From Catajapyx aquilonaris (Eukaryota), in the NCBI GenBank assembly GCA_000934665.2, contig JYFJ02002709.1, forward strand, positions 1 through 52,276: DNA of 52,276 nucleotides. The letters are read 5' to 3'. The position numbers and the translations under genes are program-made. Under the pieces are notes generated by a model, which worked only from the letters and a program-made list of their open reading frames with translations, had not been told where the DNA came from and did no database searches. Shown in pieces: positions 52,150 through 52,276 of this stretch (the first letter of the stretch is position 1; every line of letters starts with the position of its first letter).

Positions 52150-52276
52150 TACTTATAATGTAGGCCTACATGCAATATTCATGTACTTGCCCTGATCTGA
52201 AAATATTGGGACACCCCCAAAAAATGGAGTGGTGGGGTTATACACAGGATGTGATAAAAAGTTTCCATTAAGATTA

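Overview
This is eukaryotic, most likely insect, genomic DNA. The main feature is a minus-strand multi-exon Shroom gene. Ten phase-consistent coding exons between 35264 and the stop at 13270 give about 1450 aa, with an ASD1-like actin-binding segment, polyproline motifs and a C-terminal ASD2 Rho-kinase-binding domain. Its 5' end is unresolved. Five of these exons are not shown, or not delimited, in the ORF track and were reconstructed by splice-phase matching. Downstream and convergent is a gustatory-receptor-like pseudogene (~11390-12330). Positions 1-21.4 kb are dense in mobile DNA: a Helitron 3' end, a 110-bp satellite next to Helentron-like remnants, hAT/CMC/Kolobok/Tc1-mariner/pogo-type MITEs, several fold-backs and tRNA-SINEs. 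The most unusual element is at 1952-2142 (minus strand): a complete-looking HDV-like self-cleaving ribozyme of R2-retrotransposon type. It starts on 28S rRNA-derived sequence at the predicted -28 cleavage site, yet lies outside rDNA with no R2 ORF visible.
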